Assembly: GCA_023249225.1 (NCBI GenBank)
Contig: JAHFDA010000008.1
Location: 4,331-68,330, forward strand
DNA length: 64,000 nucleotides
Source of the DNA: a bacterium
GTDB taxonomy: Bacteria; Margulisbacteria; Marinamargulisbacteria; JAHFDA01
Reading direction: 5' to 3'
This document shows, piece by piece, positions 8,634 through 15,759 of the stretch (the stretch's first letter is position 1; each line of letters opens with the position of its first letter). The position numbers and the translations under genes are program-made. The notes below the pieces were generated by a model, which saw nothing but the letters and a program-made list of their open reading frames with translations, did not search any database and was not told where the DNA came from.

Positions 8634-9764
8634 TTAAACTTCCAACACCTTTGGAAAATTCGTCAAATTCCGTACACCGGTTTTAGTCACCAGCGCCATG
8701 TCCTCTAGCCTTACCCCGCCCCAGGGGTAATACAACCCAGGTTCCACCGTCACCACCATGCCTGACTTTAATTTGCCCTCTCCACGCGGCGAAAGCGAGG
8801 GGGCTTCGTGGATTTCAAGGCCCACGCCGTGGCCAGTGCCGTGAAAAAACCCCGTCAGGTTGTTTCCGGCGCGTCTGGTTTTGTAACCGGCCTTGTCAAA
8901 ATAAGTACGGATTTTTTGGTCGGCAGTTTTTACCGGCAGACCAGCACGCATATTTTTAAGCGCCAGCGCCTGGGCATGCTGCACCGCTGCGTAAAGTTTT
9001 TTTAGCTTTTCCGGCGCGGGATCCTTGCAAAAGGTGCGTGTCATGTCTGCAAAATACCCGCTGGTTTTTGAGCGCGGAAAAATATCGACAATGATGGATT
9101 GACCGGCATACAGGGGTCCGCTGCCACGGTTGTGCGGGTCAGCGCAATGTTTGCCACAAGCAATAATGCTGTGTTCGGCCACGCAGTCGCGATCAAGCAG
9201 CACCAAATCAATTTCGCGTCGTACACGCTCCGACGTAAGTACTTCGTTTCCAACATACAAGATCCTGTTTTTGCCGCGTGTCACGGCCAGGGAGATCAGA
9301 TCCTGGACGCAGTGCATGGCCGCTTCATTGGCGCGTTGTACGGCTTTGATGCATTTAATCTCATGTGCAGTCTTGCACAGGCGGCCAGGGACAAATAAAC
9401 CCTTGGATGGCTCAAGCTTTAGACCTTTGTGCTCCAGCGCCCGCGCGAGTCCCAACGGAAAATCAGTAGGCACGGTAAGCTGCTTGACACCTGCATCGCC
9501 ACATAAAAAAACGATCATGTCAGATAACTTGACGGACCCATCCTTGACCCGTTTTTTATATTTCTTTTGAAGCGCAGAAAGCGACAGCACCTGCTTTACG
9601 CGGGCTTCTTTCTGACCGCGCCCGACTTCCAGGTCAGACAACAGCAGCAAAGTTTGACCCTTGAGTTTTAAATACACAAAGGGATCGGGAGCCAGAAAGC
9701 TGGTTAAGTAACGCACATCAGCGTCAGTTTCGGACGAGGCGTAGATGAGTTCGTTGCGGGACAC
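8634..9764 (-). CDS. M24 family Xaa-Pro aminopeptidase
   Basis: 376-aa ORF. DIFPRSKTSGYFADMTRTF, HGTGHGVGLEIHE, VTVEPGLY and GVRLEDM metal-ligand blocks. Confidence 0.9.
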   Translation of the reverse strand: MSRNELIYASSETDADVRYLTSFLAPDPFVYLKLKGQTLLLLSDLEVGRGQKEARVKQVLSLSALQKKYKKRVKDGSVKLSDMIVFLCGDAGVKQLTVPTDFPLGLARALEHKGLKLEPSKGLFVPGRLCKTAHEIKCIKAVQRANEAAMHCVQDLISLAVTRGKNRILYVGNEVLTSERVRREIDLVLLDRDCVAEHSIIACGKHCADPHNRGSGPLYAGQSIIVDIFPRSKTSGYFADMTRTFCKDPAPEKLKKLYAAVQHAQALALKNMRAGLPVKTADQKIRTYFDKAGYKTRRAGNNLTGFFHGTGHGVGLEIHEAPSLSPRGEGKLKSGMVVTVEPGLYYPWGGVRLEDMALVTKTGVRNLTNFPKVLEV

Positions 9765-9839
9765 GTCTTTTGATAATATTAACTTGATAACCCGCTCAAG
9801 GTCTTGCCACGGTTTTCAATAGTATAGAAGGAGGTTTCG

Positions 9840-10061
9840 ATGACACGGCAACTTACAGCCATTATTGAACGCGAAGGAGACGGCTATGTTTCCCTGTGTC
9901 CCGAGGTGGATATTGCCAGCCAGGGGGATACCATTGAGGAAGCGCGCGACAACCTCCGGGAAGCGATTGAACTTTTTTTTGAGACTGCATCACACGAGGA
10001 AATCAAGCAACGCCTTCATGAAGAAGTTTATATTACCCGCCTAGAGATCGTTGGTGGGTAA
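9840..10061 (+). CDS. hicB: Type II antitoxin, HicB family
   Basis: 73-aa ORF. LTAIIEREGDGYVSLCPEVDIASQGDTIEEARDNLREAIELFFE matches the HicB N-terminal fold pattern. Overlaps hicA by 11 nt. Confidence 0.85.
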   Translation: MTRQLTAIIEREGDGYVSLCPEVDIASQGDTIEEARDNLREAIELFFETASHEEIKQRLHEEVYITRLEIVGG

Positions 10062-10275
10062 ATTGCACGTGCTTTCGGGAAAGGAAGTTTGCGATATCCT
10101 TTCCCGGCATGGTTTTGCGACAGTACGTCAGCGGGGCAGCCACATCGTCATGCAAAAAAAACTTCCCGACACGACCATAACCGTTCCGGTACCGAACCAT
10201 GCGGAACTGCGTGTTGGTACGCTGCTGGCAATTATTCGGCAATCCGGTCTATCGCGGGATGAATTTGAATCCTAA
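10051..10275 (+). CDS. hicA: Type II toxin, HicA family mRNA interferase
   Basis: 74-aa ORF (TTG/GTG start). LSGKEVCDILSRHGFATVRQRGSHIVMQK is the YcfA/HicA signature. Confidence 0.85.
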   Translation: MVGKLHVLSGKEVCDILSRHGFATVRQRGSHIVMQKKLPDTTITVPVPNHAELRVGTLLAIIRQSGLSRDEFES

Positions 10276-10352
10276 CCCGGATTATTCACGCATATGAAGC
10301 GGATACCTACACACGGGAGCCCGCTGCAAGAAGGTATGAATAGTGCGGGCTA
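10273..10352 (+). repeat. Copy B of the approximately 80-nt dispersed palindromic element
   Basis: TAACCCGGATTATTCACGCATATGAAGCGGATACCTACACACGGGAGCCCGCTGCAAGAAGGTATGAATAGTGCGGGCTA. It starts on the hicA stop codon. The outer arms CCCGGATTATTCA / TGAATAGTGCGGG can pair. Confidence 0.85.
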
Positions 10353-10359
10353 AAAGTTT

Positions 10360-11133
10360 CTAGCGAAACCGGGTCACATGTCGCCCCACCAGATCTGCTG
10401 CTACGGCGTCCAAGTAGCCTGTACGCCCGGCAAAATAATGGGCAAGCTCGCTCTTTAGTACCTGTTCATCCAAGGCAGGCAAATGTTTCGTGAATTCAGC
10501 ATCTGCCCGATTCACAAAACCAGTCCATAGACCAGACAATCTTATTTCCCCCTCTGGGGCGTTTTGCAATGCTTGCGCATAAATTTTATTGAGCACAATC
10601 ATTTTAAATACGGTCTTTTCGTCTAACCTGGGCCAAACCGTCCGCATGGCCGGGCTGTCCAAGGCGGGCAAGCCTGGAATTCCAAACAATTTGGCGCTTA
10701 AAAACAGGGCGGCGGCAGGGCCATGGACCGAATACGCATAGCCCACCATCGCCTCAAAACAAGTTCCTAAATCAGCAAAATACGCAGAGCTCTTTTTACG
10801 GTGAACGTTCGCATGGGGTAATGCGATGCCATGTTCCTGAATCAGTTTGGCCAAGTACTTGTTGGTCACACTTGGATGGATACTACCGTTTAAATATTGG
10901 CTGCGGAAAGCATTGCGAAACAGGTAAATAAAAAGCTTTAAAAACGCATCGCCCAATAAGGCATAGCTTTGGATCGGCTGACGAGACCGGATATGACCAA
11001 TGCTCTCCGGACTAAAGATTTCTGGAACTGCATATCCCGGATTGCCCAGCGCCATACGCAGCAGCATGGGCATGGTCATACCGGCTGTAAGGGGGCTGGC
11101 GATATAACGCCACGTAAAACGAATCTGTCCCAC
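10360..11133 (-). CDS. Hypothetical protein with divergent RNase III-like domain
   Basis: 257-aa ORF. YALLGDAFLKL (compare ExLEFLGD), SVTNKYLAKLIQEHGI (compare vsNxxLaxxaxxxgl) and ADLGTCFEAMVGYAY (compare aDxfEAliGAiy). Two of the four canonical acidic catalytic positions appear substituted. Confidence 0.55.
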   Translation of the reverse strand: MGQIRFTWRYIASPLTAGMTMPMLLRMALGNPGYAVPEIFSPESIGHIRSRQPIQSYALLGDAFLKLFIYLFRNAFRSQYLNGSIHPSVTNKYLAKLIQEHGIALPHANVHRKKSSAYFADLGTCFEAMVGYAYSVHGPAAALFLSAKLFGIPGLPALDSPAMRTVWPRLDEKTVFKMIVLNKIYAQALQNAPEGEIRLSGLWTGFVNRADAEFTKHLPALDEQVLKSELAHYFAGRTGYLDAVAADLVGRHVTRFR

Positions 11134-11190
11134 GATGATGGAAAGTTATCGTCAGGATATTATTTTTTGATAAAGGTTTTTTTCTAAGTA

Positions 11191-11709
11191 TTATTTTCTA
11201 ATCGCAAAGGGCCCCGTATGACCGGCACGCCCAAGGCCAATCTCCTCATCCGTTACACCCAGGCGCACGGTGGTTTCAAGTTTAAGGCGCTCGACAATCA
11301 TGCGGTTGGCCTGCGGCATGGCCAGTTGGTCAAGCTGCTCAAGCGTCATCCAATCTATGGCCTGACCCTCCATGCTCTTAACCACGCCCGATTTAATGCT
11401 GCACAAAAACACGTTTAAGGTGACATCGTGGCTGTCGTCGGAATAACGCGAGAGCATATAAAAATCATCAATCTTTACCGTGACGCCCACTTCTTCCTGA
11501 ATCTCACGTATCAGGCCCACTTCGGGTGATTCATTAAGGTGGAGCTTGCCGCCTGGGAACTCCCACAACCCTCCCTGATGACCATCGGCATGGCGGCGGG
11601 CCACCAGAACCTTGCCATCTTTACGTAAAAGTCCAATGGCCACATTAACCTTTGTGCGCCGTACAGGTGTGGGTAAAAAACGTTTGCTGTAATCGGTTTT
11701 GCCGCCCAT
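11191..11709 (-). CDS. NUDIX hydrolase, MutT-like
   Basis: 172-aa ORF. Complete Nudix box GGKLHLNESPEVGLIREIQEEVGV, preceded by GGLWEFPGG as in MutT. Confidence 0.85.
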   Translation of the reverse strand: MGGKTDYSKRFLPTPVRRTKVNVAIGLLRKDGKVLVARRHADGHQGGLWEFPGGKLHLNESPEVGLIREIQEEVGVTVKIDDFYMLSRYSDDSHDVTLNVFLCSIKSGVVKSMEGQAIDWMTLEQLDQLAMPQANRMIVERLKLETTVRLGVTDEEIGLGRAGHTGPFAIRK

Positions 11710-11735
11710 ATCTCTGGTTTATTATGCAGGTCGCA

Positions 11736-11757
11736 GTGCTGCAAGACAATCACTAAA
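11736..11757 (+). promoter_or_regulatory. 22-nt conserved upstream motif GTRCTGCAAGACAATCACTAAA (copy 1, upstream of the PNP-like gene)
   Basis: GTGCTGCAAGACAATCACTAAA lies 53 nt before the ATG at 11810. It matches 12991-13012 at 21 of 22 positions. It sits in the divergent mutT-like/PNP-like intergenic region. Confidence 0.6.
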
Positions 11758-11809
11758 CCCTCTAAACTTACCAATAACACTTTTCGGATTTTTTACGAAA
11801 TATTGAGTA

Positions 11810-12964
11810 ATGTTTCTTAAGATAGTAGCCCTTACCCCCGCCGCCATTGGTGAAATATCCAAAATATCCAGCGGTGCGGAGGCATTACAATGTTGGCTTG
11901 GTGCCCGGAAACCGCAAGTCGTCATCGCCTTGGGTTCCGGACTGGGGGGTTTGGCGGACAGCCTTATTGATCCCATTGAATTACCATTCAACGAAGTTTC
12001 GGATTTTCCGCATAAAGAACTTACCATCGCTGGCCAAGACGGTATGTTTCGCTGCGGCCGTCTCAAGCACGAATCCGGCGTCGAGATCGAAGTGCTGGCC
12101 GTCTGCGGGCGCTGGCATATGTACGAGGGTTTTTCGGCCGTGGAAGTAGCCCGGCCCTGGCGCGCCATGCGGCTTTTAGGATTGCAAAACTTTTTGCTGA
12201 CCAATGCCACCGGTTCCATTTGGGGTTTTATAAAACCCGGTGACCTGGTACTTCAAGAAGATTTTTACGCTTGTTTCGAGCAAGCCTCACCGTTCTTTGA
12301 CGGTCCGCACCTGCCGCAGTTTGGCGAACTTTTTCCGGCCATGCAACCGCTTGCTGATGCTGAATTAAAAGAAGTTTTGCTCAAAGCTGCAAAAATTAAA
12401 AAGTTTTATTGTGGCGATGAACTTGCCAATGCCGGGCGCGCGGTAGCGGGCAGTTCCGTTAGCCATATTCACATCAAGGGGGGCGATACGTTTAACGTCT
12501 ATGTGCCCCCGCATTACAGCAGTGAAGCCGTTAACCCGCTATTTACTCTGCATAACACCACTTTGCAGCAGATTGAACGAGATGGATCTCGCCGCTATGA
12601 CGGACTTCTATGGACGGGCGGCGTCTATGCCATGCGTGCAGGCCGCAAGTACGAAACTCCCGCCGATGTGCATTTTCACCGTGTGATGGGTCACACCAAT
12701 GTGGCCATGTCCCTTGTGCCAGAGTGGCAGGCGTTAATCCACCGCTACCACGACGTAAGTGAAAAACCGGTTGATGCCCTGCCACCTGCGCGTGTGCTGG
12801 CGTTAAGCATTGTCGCTAACCCGGCTGCCAGCACGACCCATACCCCTACGCATGCCGAAGTTACCCGCGCCGTTGCCACCGCCACCCCGCGCTTTAACGC
12901 GCTGGTGCTGGAGTGGTTGTTTCAGCTGGCGGAACGCAGGTTGGTGGAATTTACAGTGGAATAG
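11810..12964 (+). CDS. Purine nucleoside phosphorylase family protein (trimeric PunA/PNP type) with large insertions
   Basis: 384-aa ORF. ALGSGLGGLAD, CGRWHMYEG, LLTNATGSI, RKYETPAD, VAMSLVPE and LSIVANPA align with the GSGLGG / GRFHxYEG / TNAAGG / SFETxAE / MSTVPE / ITN blocks of PNP. About 100 extra residues lie between the blocks and at the C-terminus. Confidence 0.8.
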   Translation: MFLKIVALTPAAIGEISKISSGAEALQCWLGARKPQVVIALGSGLGGLADSLIDPIELPFNEVSDFPHKELTIAGQDGMFRCGRLKHESGVEIEVLAVCGRWHMYEGFSAVEVARPWRAMRLLGLQNFLLTNATGSIWGFIKPGDLVLQEDFYACFEQASPFFDGPHLPQFGELFPAMQPLADAELKEVLLKAAKIKKFYCGDELANAGRAVAGSSVSHIHIKGGDTFNVYVPPHYSSEAVNPLFTLHNTTLQQIERDGSRRYDGLLWTGGVYAMRAGRKYETPADVHFHRVMGHTNVAMSLVPEWQALIHRYHDVSEKPVDALPPARVLALSIVANPAASTTHTPTHAEVTRAVATATPRFNALVLEWLFQLAERRLVEFTVE

Positions 12965-12990
12965 TAGTAAAAAAACCGTCCGAACCAACA

Positions 12991-13012
12991 GTACTGCAAG
13001 ACAATCACTAAA
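12991..13012 (+). promoter_or_regulatory. 22-nt conserved upstream motif (copy 2, upstream of the GAPDH-like gene)
   Basis: GTACTGCAAGACAATCACTAAA lies 67 nt before the ATG at 13079. An SD-like AGGAGG sits at 13064-13069. Confidence 0.6.
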
Positions 13013-13078
13013 ATATCAAATCCATATTTTTAAAACTTTGCCGATAAATCTTCACAGTCCACCAGGAGGTTACGCGTT

Positions 13079-14485
13079 ATGTTTTACAAAGTCATTCCAT
13101 TTAACATGATCATCGAAGGCACGGGCCGCATTGGTTTGCAGACCATTTGGCGTCTCGCGGAGCTCGAAAAGGCGCGTCTTGCCGAGGGTCGTGGTGGACA
13201 GAAGCCAGAGACGATTCTGGCGATCGACGTGATTTCCTTCGAAGATTTTGTGGCCGGCCTGACCGGGCGGCTCAAGGTCGAAAACGTTATTAAGGACGGC
13301 AAAGTGGCGCGTCATTCCGAAATTACCACCGAACCCTGCGAGTTTCAGCCGCATTTTTTTGATCCAGAGCGCCTGGGTATTGCGCCGCAGCACAATAACA
13401 CCATTAAAGTTTACGAAAGACCTTTTGTGGAACACGAGGATGACGGCGGCAGAGTCTTATTCACCATCAAGTACATCCAGGCCAAACGCCCCGATGGCAG
13501 CTTTATGAACGACGACGAAAAAATGGCCCTCGCCAAAGAGTACGACGCCAAAGTATGGGCCTCGTGTACGGGCATGAAGCCGCGCGTGGAAAAAGACGGT
13601 ATTTTGGCCTTTGCCGAAAGACTCAAGCAGCAGTCGCCCGGCACGGTGGTGCTGGTATCGGCGCCCACCAAGGGCAAGGACGTCAGTGAAGCAGCCAAGG
13701 CGCTTAAAAAAAAGATGGACATCACCGTCACACGCAACTTTTCGCGCACGGGAACTTTGTTTCGTTATGTGATTGACCTCAACTTTCCTGCCCCTGATGG
13801 GACTACAGATTACCAAGCGGCTTTTATTGCGAACTTGCGGAGACTGGCCGCGCATCCGCACTTTAAAAATTTTATCGGCCTTGATGAGGGTATCGAGCGC
13901 GCCGACCAGGTGGAAGGCAAGGAAACGCTCATCCACATTGACACGTCCAAAATTAAATTGATTCGTGTAGACAAGGATCATTACAAGCTCAAGCTGAACT
14001 TTTGGGAGGATAATGAGTACGGTTATTCCTGTGTGTACGCACGCAACGTTTTGGCGCTGGCGGCGGCCCTGCAGGATCGCACCCTCAACGCGTCCATACC
14101 AGCCACCACGCTGCTCACCGTCATTAACAGCTTGCACGGCGACGAATGGTTCGAGCAAAACATTGACGCCATTCTGGCCAACGGAAATGTGTCGGCCAGT
14201 TCCTGCACGACCAATGGCAATATTACGGGTCTCATCGCCAGTCTGATGCCGTTCAACATGTTGTTATTGCCTGAAAGCATCCAGAAGTTCAGTGATTTCA
14301 GCGTGGACGATATTCAGGCGATGTTCGCAAATGTGCTTGCCCGTATGGTGCGTTATGTCGACATTCACATGGAACATGGTCTGACGCTGACCGAAGATCC
14401 GAGAGTGGTACCTTTTGTGCGCGAAGTATCTTCTGGTTCGCAGACAGAAGTGCCGCTGGTGCTGGCGGATTTGCCGCGCGAGTAA
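13079..14485 (+). CDS. Divergent glyceraldehyde-3-phosphate dehydrogenase-like protein with non-canonical block order
   Basis: 468-aa ORF. GTGRIG (residues 14-19), VWASCTG (compare VVESTG), VVLVSAPTKG (compare VIISAPSKD), TGTLFRYVIDL...LKLNFWEDNEYGYS (residues 224-317; compare TGMAFRVP...VSWYDNEWGYS), then NVSASSCTTNGNITGL (residues 370-385; compare IVSNASCTTNCLAP). Confidence 0.7.
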   Translation: MFYKVIPFNMIIEGTGRIGLQTIWRLAELEKARLAEGRGGQKPETILAIDVISFEDFVAGLTGRLKVENVIKDGKVARHSEITTEPCEFQPHFFDPERLGIAPQHNNTIKVYERPFVEHEDDGGRVLFTIKYIQAKRPDGSFMNDDEKMALAKEYDAKVWASCTGMKPRVEKDGILAFAERLKQQSPGTVVLVSAPTKGKDVSEAAKALKKKMDITVTRNFSRTGTLFRYVIDLNFPAPDGTTDYQAAFIANLRRLAAHPHFKNFIGLDEGIERADQVEGKETLIHIDTSKIKLIRVDKDHYKLKLNFWEDNEYGYSCVYARNVLALAAALQDRTLNASIPATTLLTVINSLHGDEWFEQNIDAILANGNVSASSCTTNGNITGLIASLMPFNMLLLPESIQKFSDFSVDDIQAMFANVLARMVRYVDIHMEHGLTLTEDPRVVPFVREVSSGSQTEVPLVLADLPRE

Positions 14486-14502
14486 ATTCCCCTCACCCCT
14501 AA

Positions 14503-14524
14503 CCCCTCTCCCTTGGGAGAGGGG
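14503..14524. terminator. GC-rich hairpin between convergent genes (possible bidirectional terminator)
   Basis: CCCCTCTCCC-TT-GGGAGAGGGG is a perfect 10-bp inverted repeat between the 14485 and 14531 gene ends. No clear U-tract on either strand. Confidence 0.35.
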
Positions 14525-14530
14525 GCGTCA

Positions 14531-15673
14531 CTAAGATAAGAACCTCCCCTGCTCCAAAAACTTGCAGCAACGGGTGTAGTCCCAAAGTTGGCAGCGTGCC
14601 TTGGGATATTGTTTTTGAAACGCCGCCAGGCCGCTGTGTTTATCCTTAAATCCGGATTTAATTTCGATGGCGAATAAATCATTGGGCGTGCGCAGCACAA
14701 AATCAACTTCGGCGTTATTGTCACGCCAATAGAACAACTCCGTATCGGGCAACATGGCCAGGTGGGCGCCCATGATCGATTCGAACACAAAACCATACCA
14801 GCCGGGCTCCTTGATCAGGCGGGTTTGGGGTACGTAAGCATGAATCAGGGCCGGATTCAGCACTATAATCTTGGGGCTGGAATCCTTTATCCGTATTTCG
14901 GAGCCTGAATATTTTTGCAGGGCCCGTATCAGGTAACTTTTTTGCAACAAATCAAGATAGCCCTTGATGGTGGTGGCGTTGCCTCGATCCTGTAGCTGTC
15001 CCAACATTTTTTGCAAACTGATGATATGCGCCGGGTGCCGCACTGCCAGTTCAAACGTTTGCCGAAAAAGCGCCGGCTTATGCACCGGGTTCAGCTGATA
15101 AATATCCTTGCTGATCACCGTCTCCACAATGCTGTTTAAAATATAGTGTTTCCACCGGACAGCATCGCCCTTAAAAGGAATCGCGCCCGGATAAGCTCCC
15201 CACTTCATATAGGTATTTAGATCCCATCCAAAGGCCTGATGGCATTCCAGAAAAGACCAGTGCGGCACTTCGGTCAGCTCAAAACGTCCGGTTAAACTCT
15301 CGCTTAATCCCTTTTGTAAAAACAAGCTGGATGAACCCATCAGTGCCACCTTGATCCGGCCCCGGCCACGTTCCTGGTCAAACAACTGCTTGATGACTTC
15401 GCTCCAGCCGGTCACCTTTTGAATTTCATCAAAAATCAGCAGTGTGTTGGGACCTTGGGCCAGGGCTTCCTGCCAATGCACCCTGATCCAATCTGCTCCC
15501 GGCGGACTGGGATCGTCGGCGCTGACCATGAATTTGGGCCCCTTCCAGCGGTTAAAAATCCATTGGGCGCCCGTGGTTTTACCCACCTGGCGCGGGCCCA
15601 GAATCATTTGCAACAACGGGGCTTTTTCCTGTAAGCGTTTAAGCAGCGTTTTTTGAAATTCCCGTTCAATCAT
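14531..15673 (-). CDS. ATP-binding protein, AAA_14 + DUF4143 architecture
   Basis: 380-aa ORF. Walker A GPRQVGKTT, Walker B LLIFDEIQK. C-terminal restriction-endonuclease-like EVDFVL...AIEIKSG motif typical of DUF4143 ATPases. Paralog of 57213-58355. Confidence 0.85.
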   Translation of the reverse strand: MIEREFQKTLLKRLQEKAPLLQMILGPRQVGKTTGAQWIFNRWKGPKFMVSADDPSPPGADWIRVHWQEALAQGPNTLLIFDEIQKVTGWSEVIKQLFDQERGRGRIKVALMGSSSLFLQKGLSESLTGRFELTEVPHWSFLECHQAFGWDLNTYMKWGAYPGAIPFKGDAVRWKHYILNSIVETVISKDIYQLNPVHKPALFRQTFELAVRHPAHIISLQKMLGQLQDRGNATTIKGYLDLLQKSYLIRALQKYSGSEIRIKDSSPKIIVLNPALIHAYVPQTRLIKEPGWYGFVFESIMGAHLAMLPDTELFYWRDNNAEVDFVLRTPNDLFAIEIKSGFKDKHSGLAAFQKQYPKARCQLWDYTRCCKFLEQGRFLS

Positions 15674-15759
15674 AGCCTTATTTTATGAGATACACCTCAC
15701 AAAATCAATAAGTAAATCTAACAAAATAAATTGGGGTGCATGGGAGAGGGGGAAGCAGT

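Noticed and set aside
13457-14158. 233-aa minus-strand ORF inside the GAPDH-like gene
   Set aside because: The plus-strand frame carries multiple GAPDH-family motifs. The antisense frame has none and is Arg/Gly/Val-rich.
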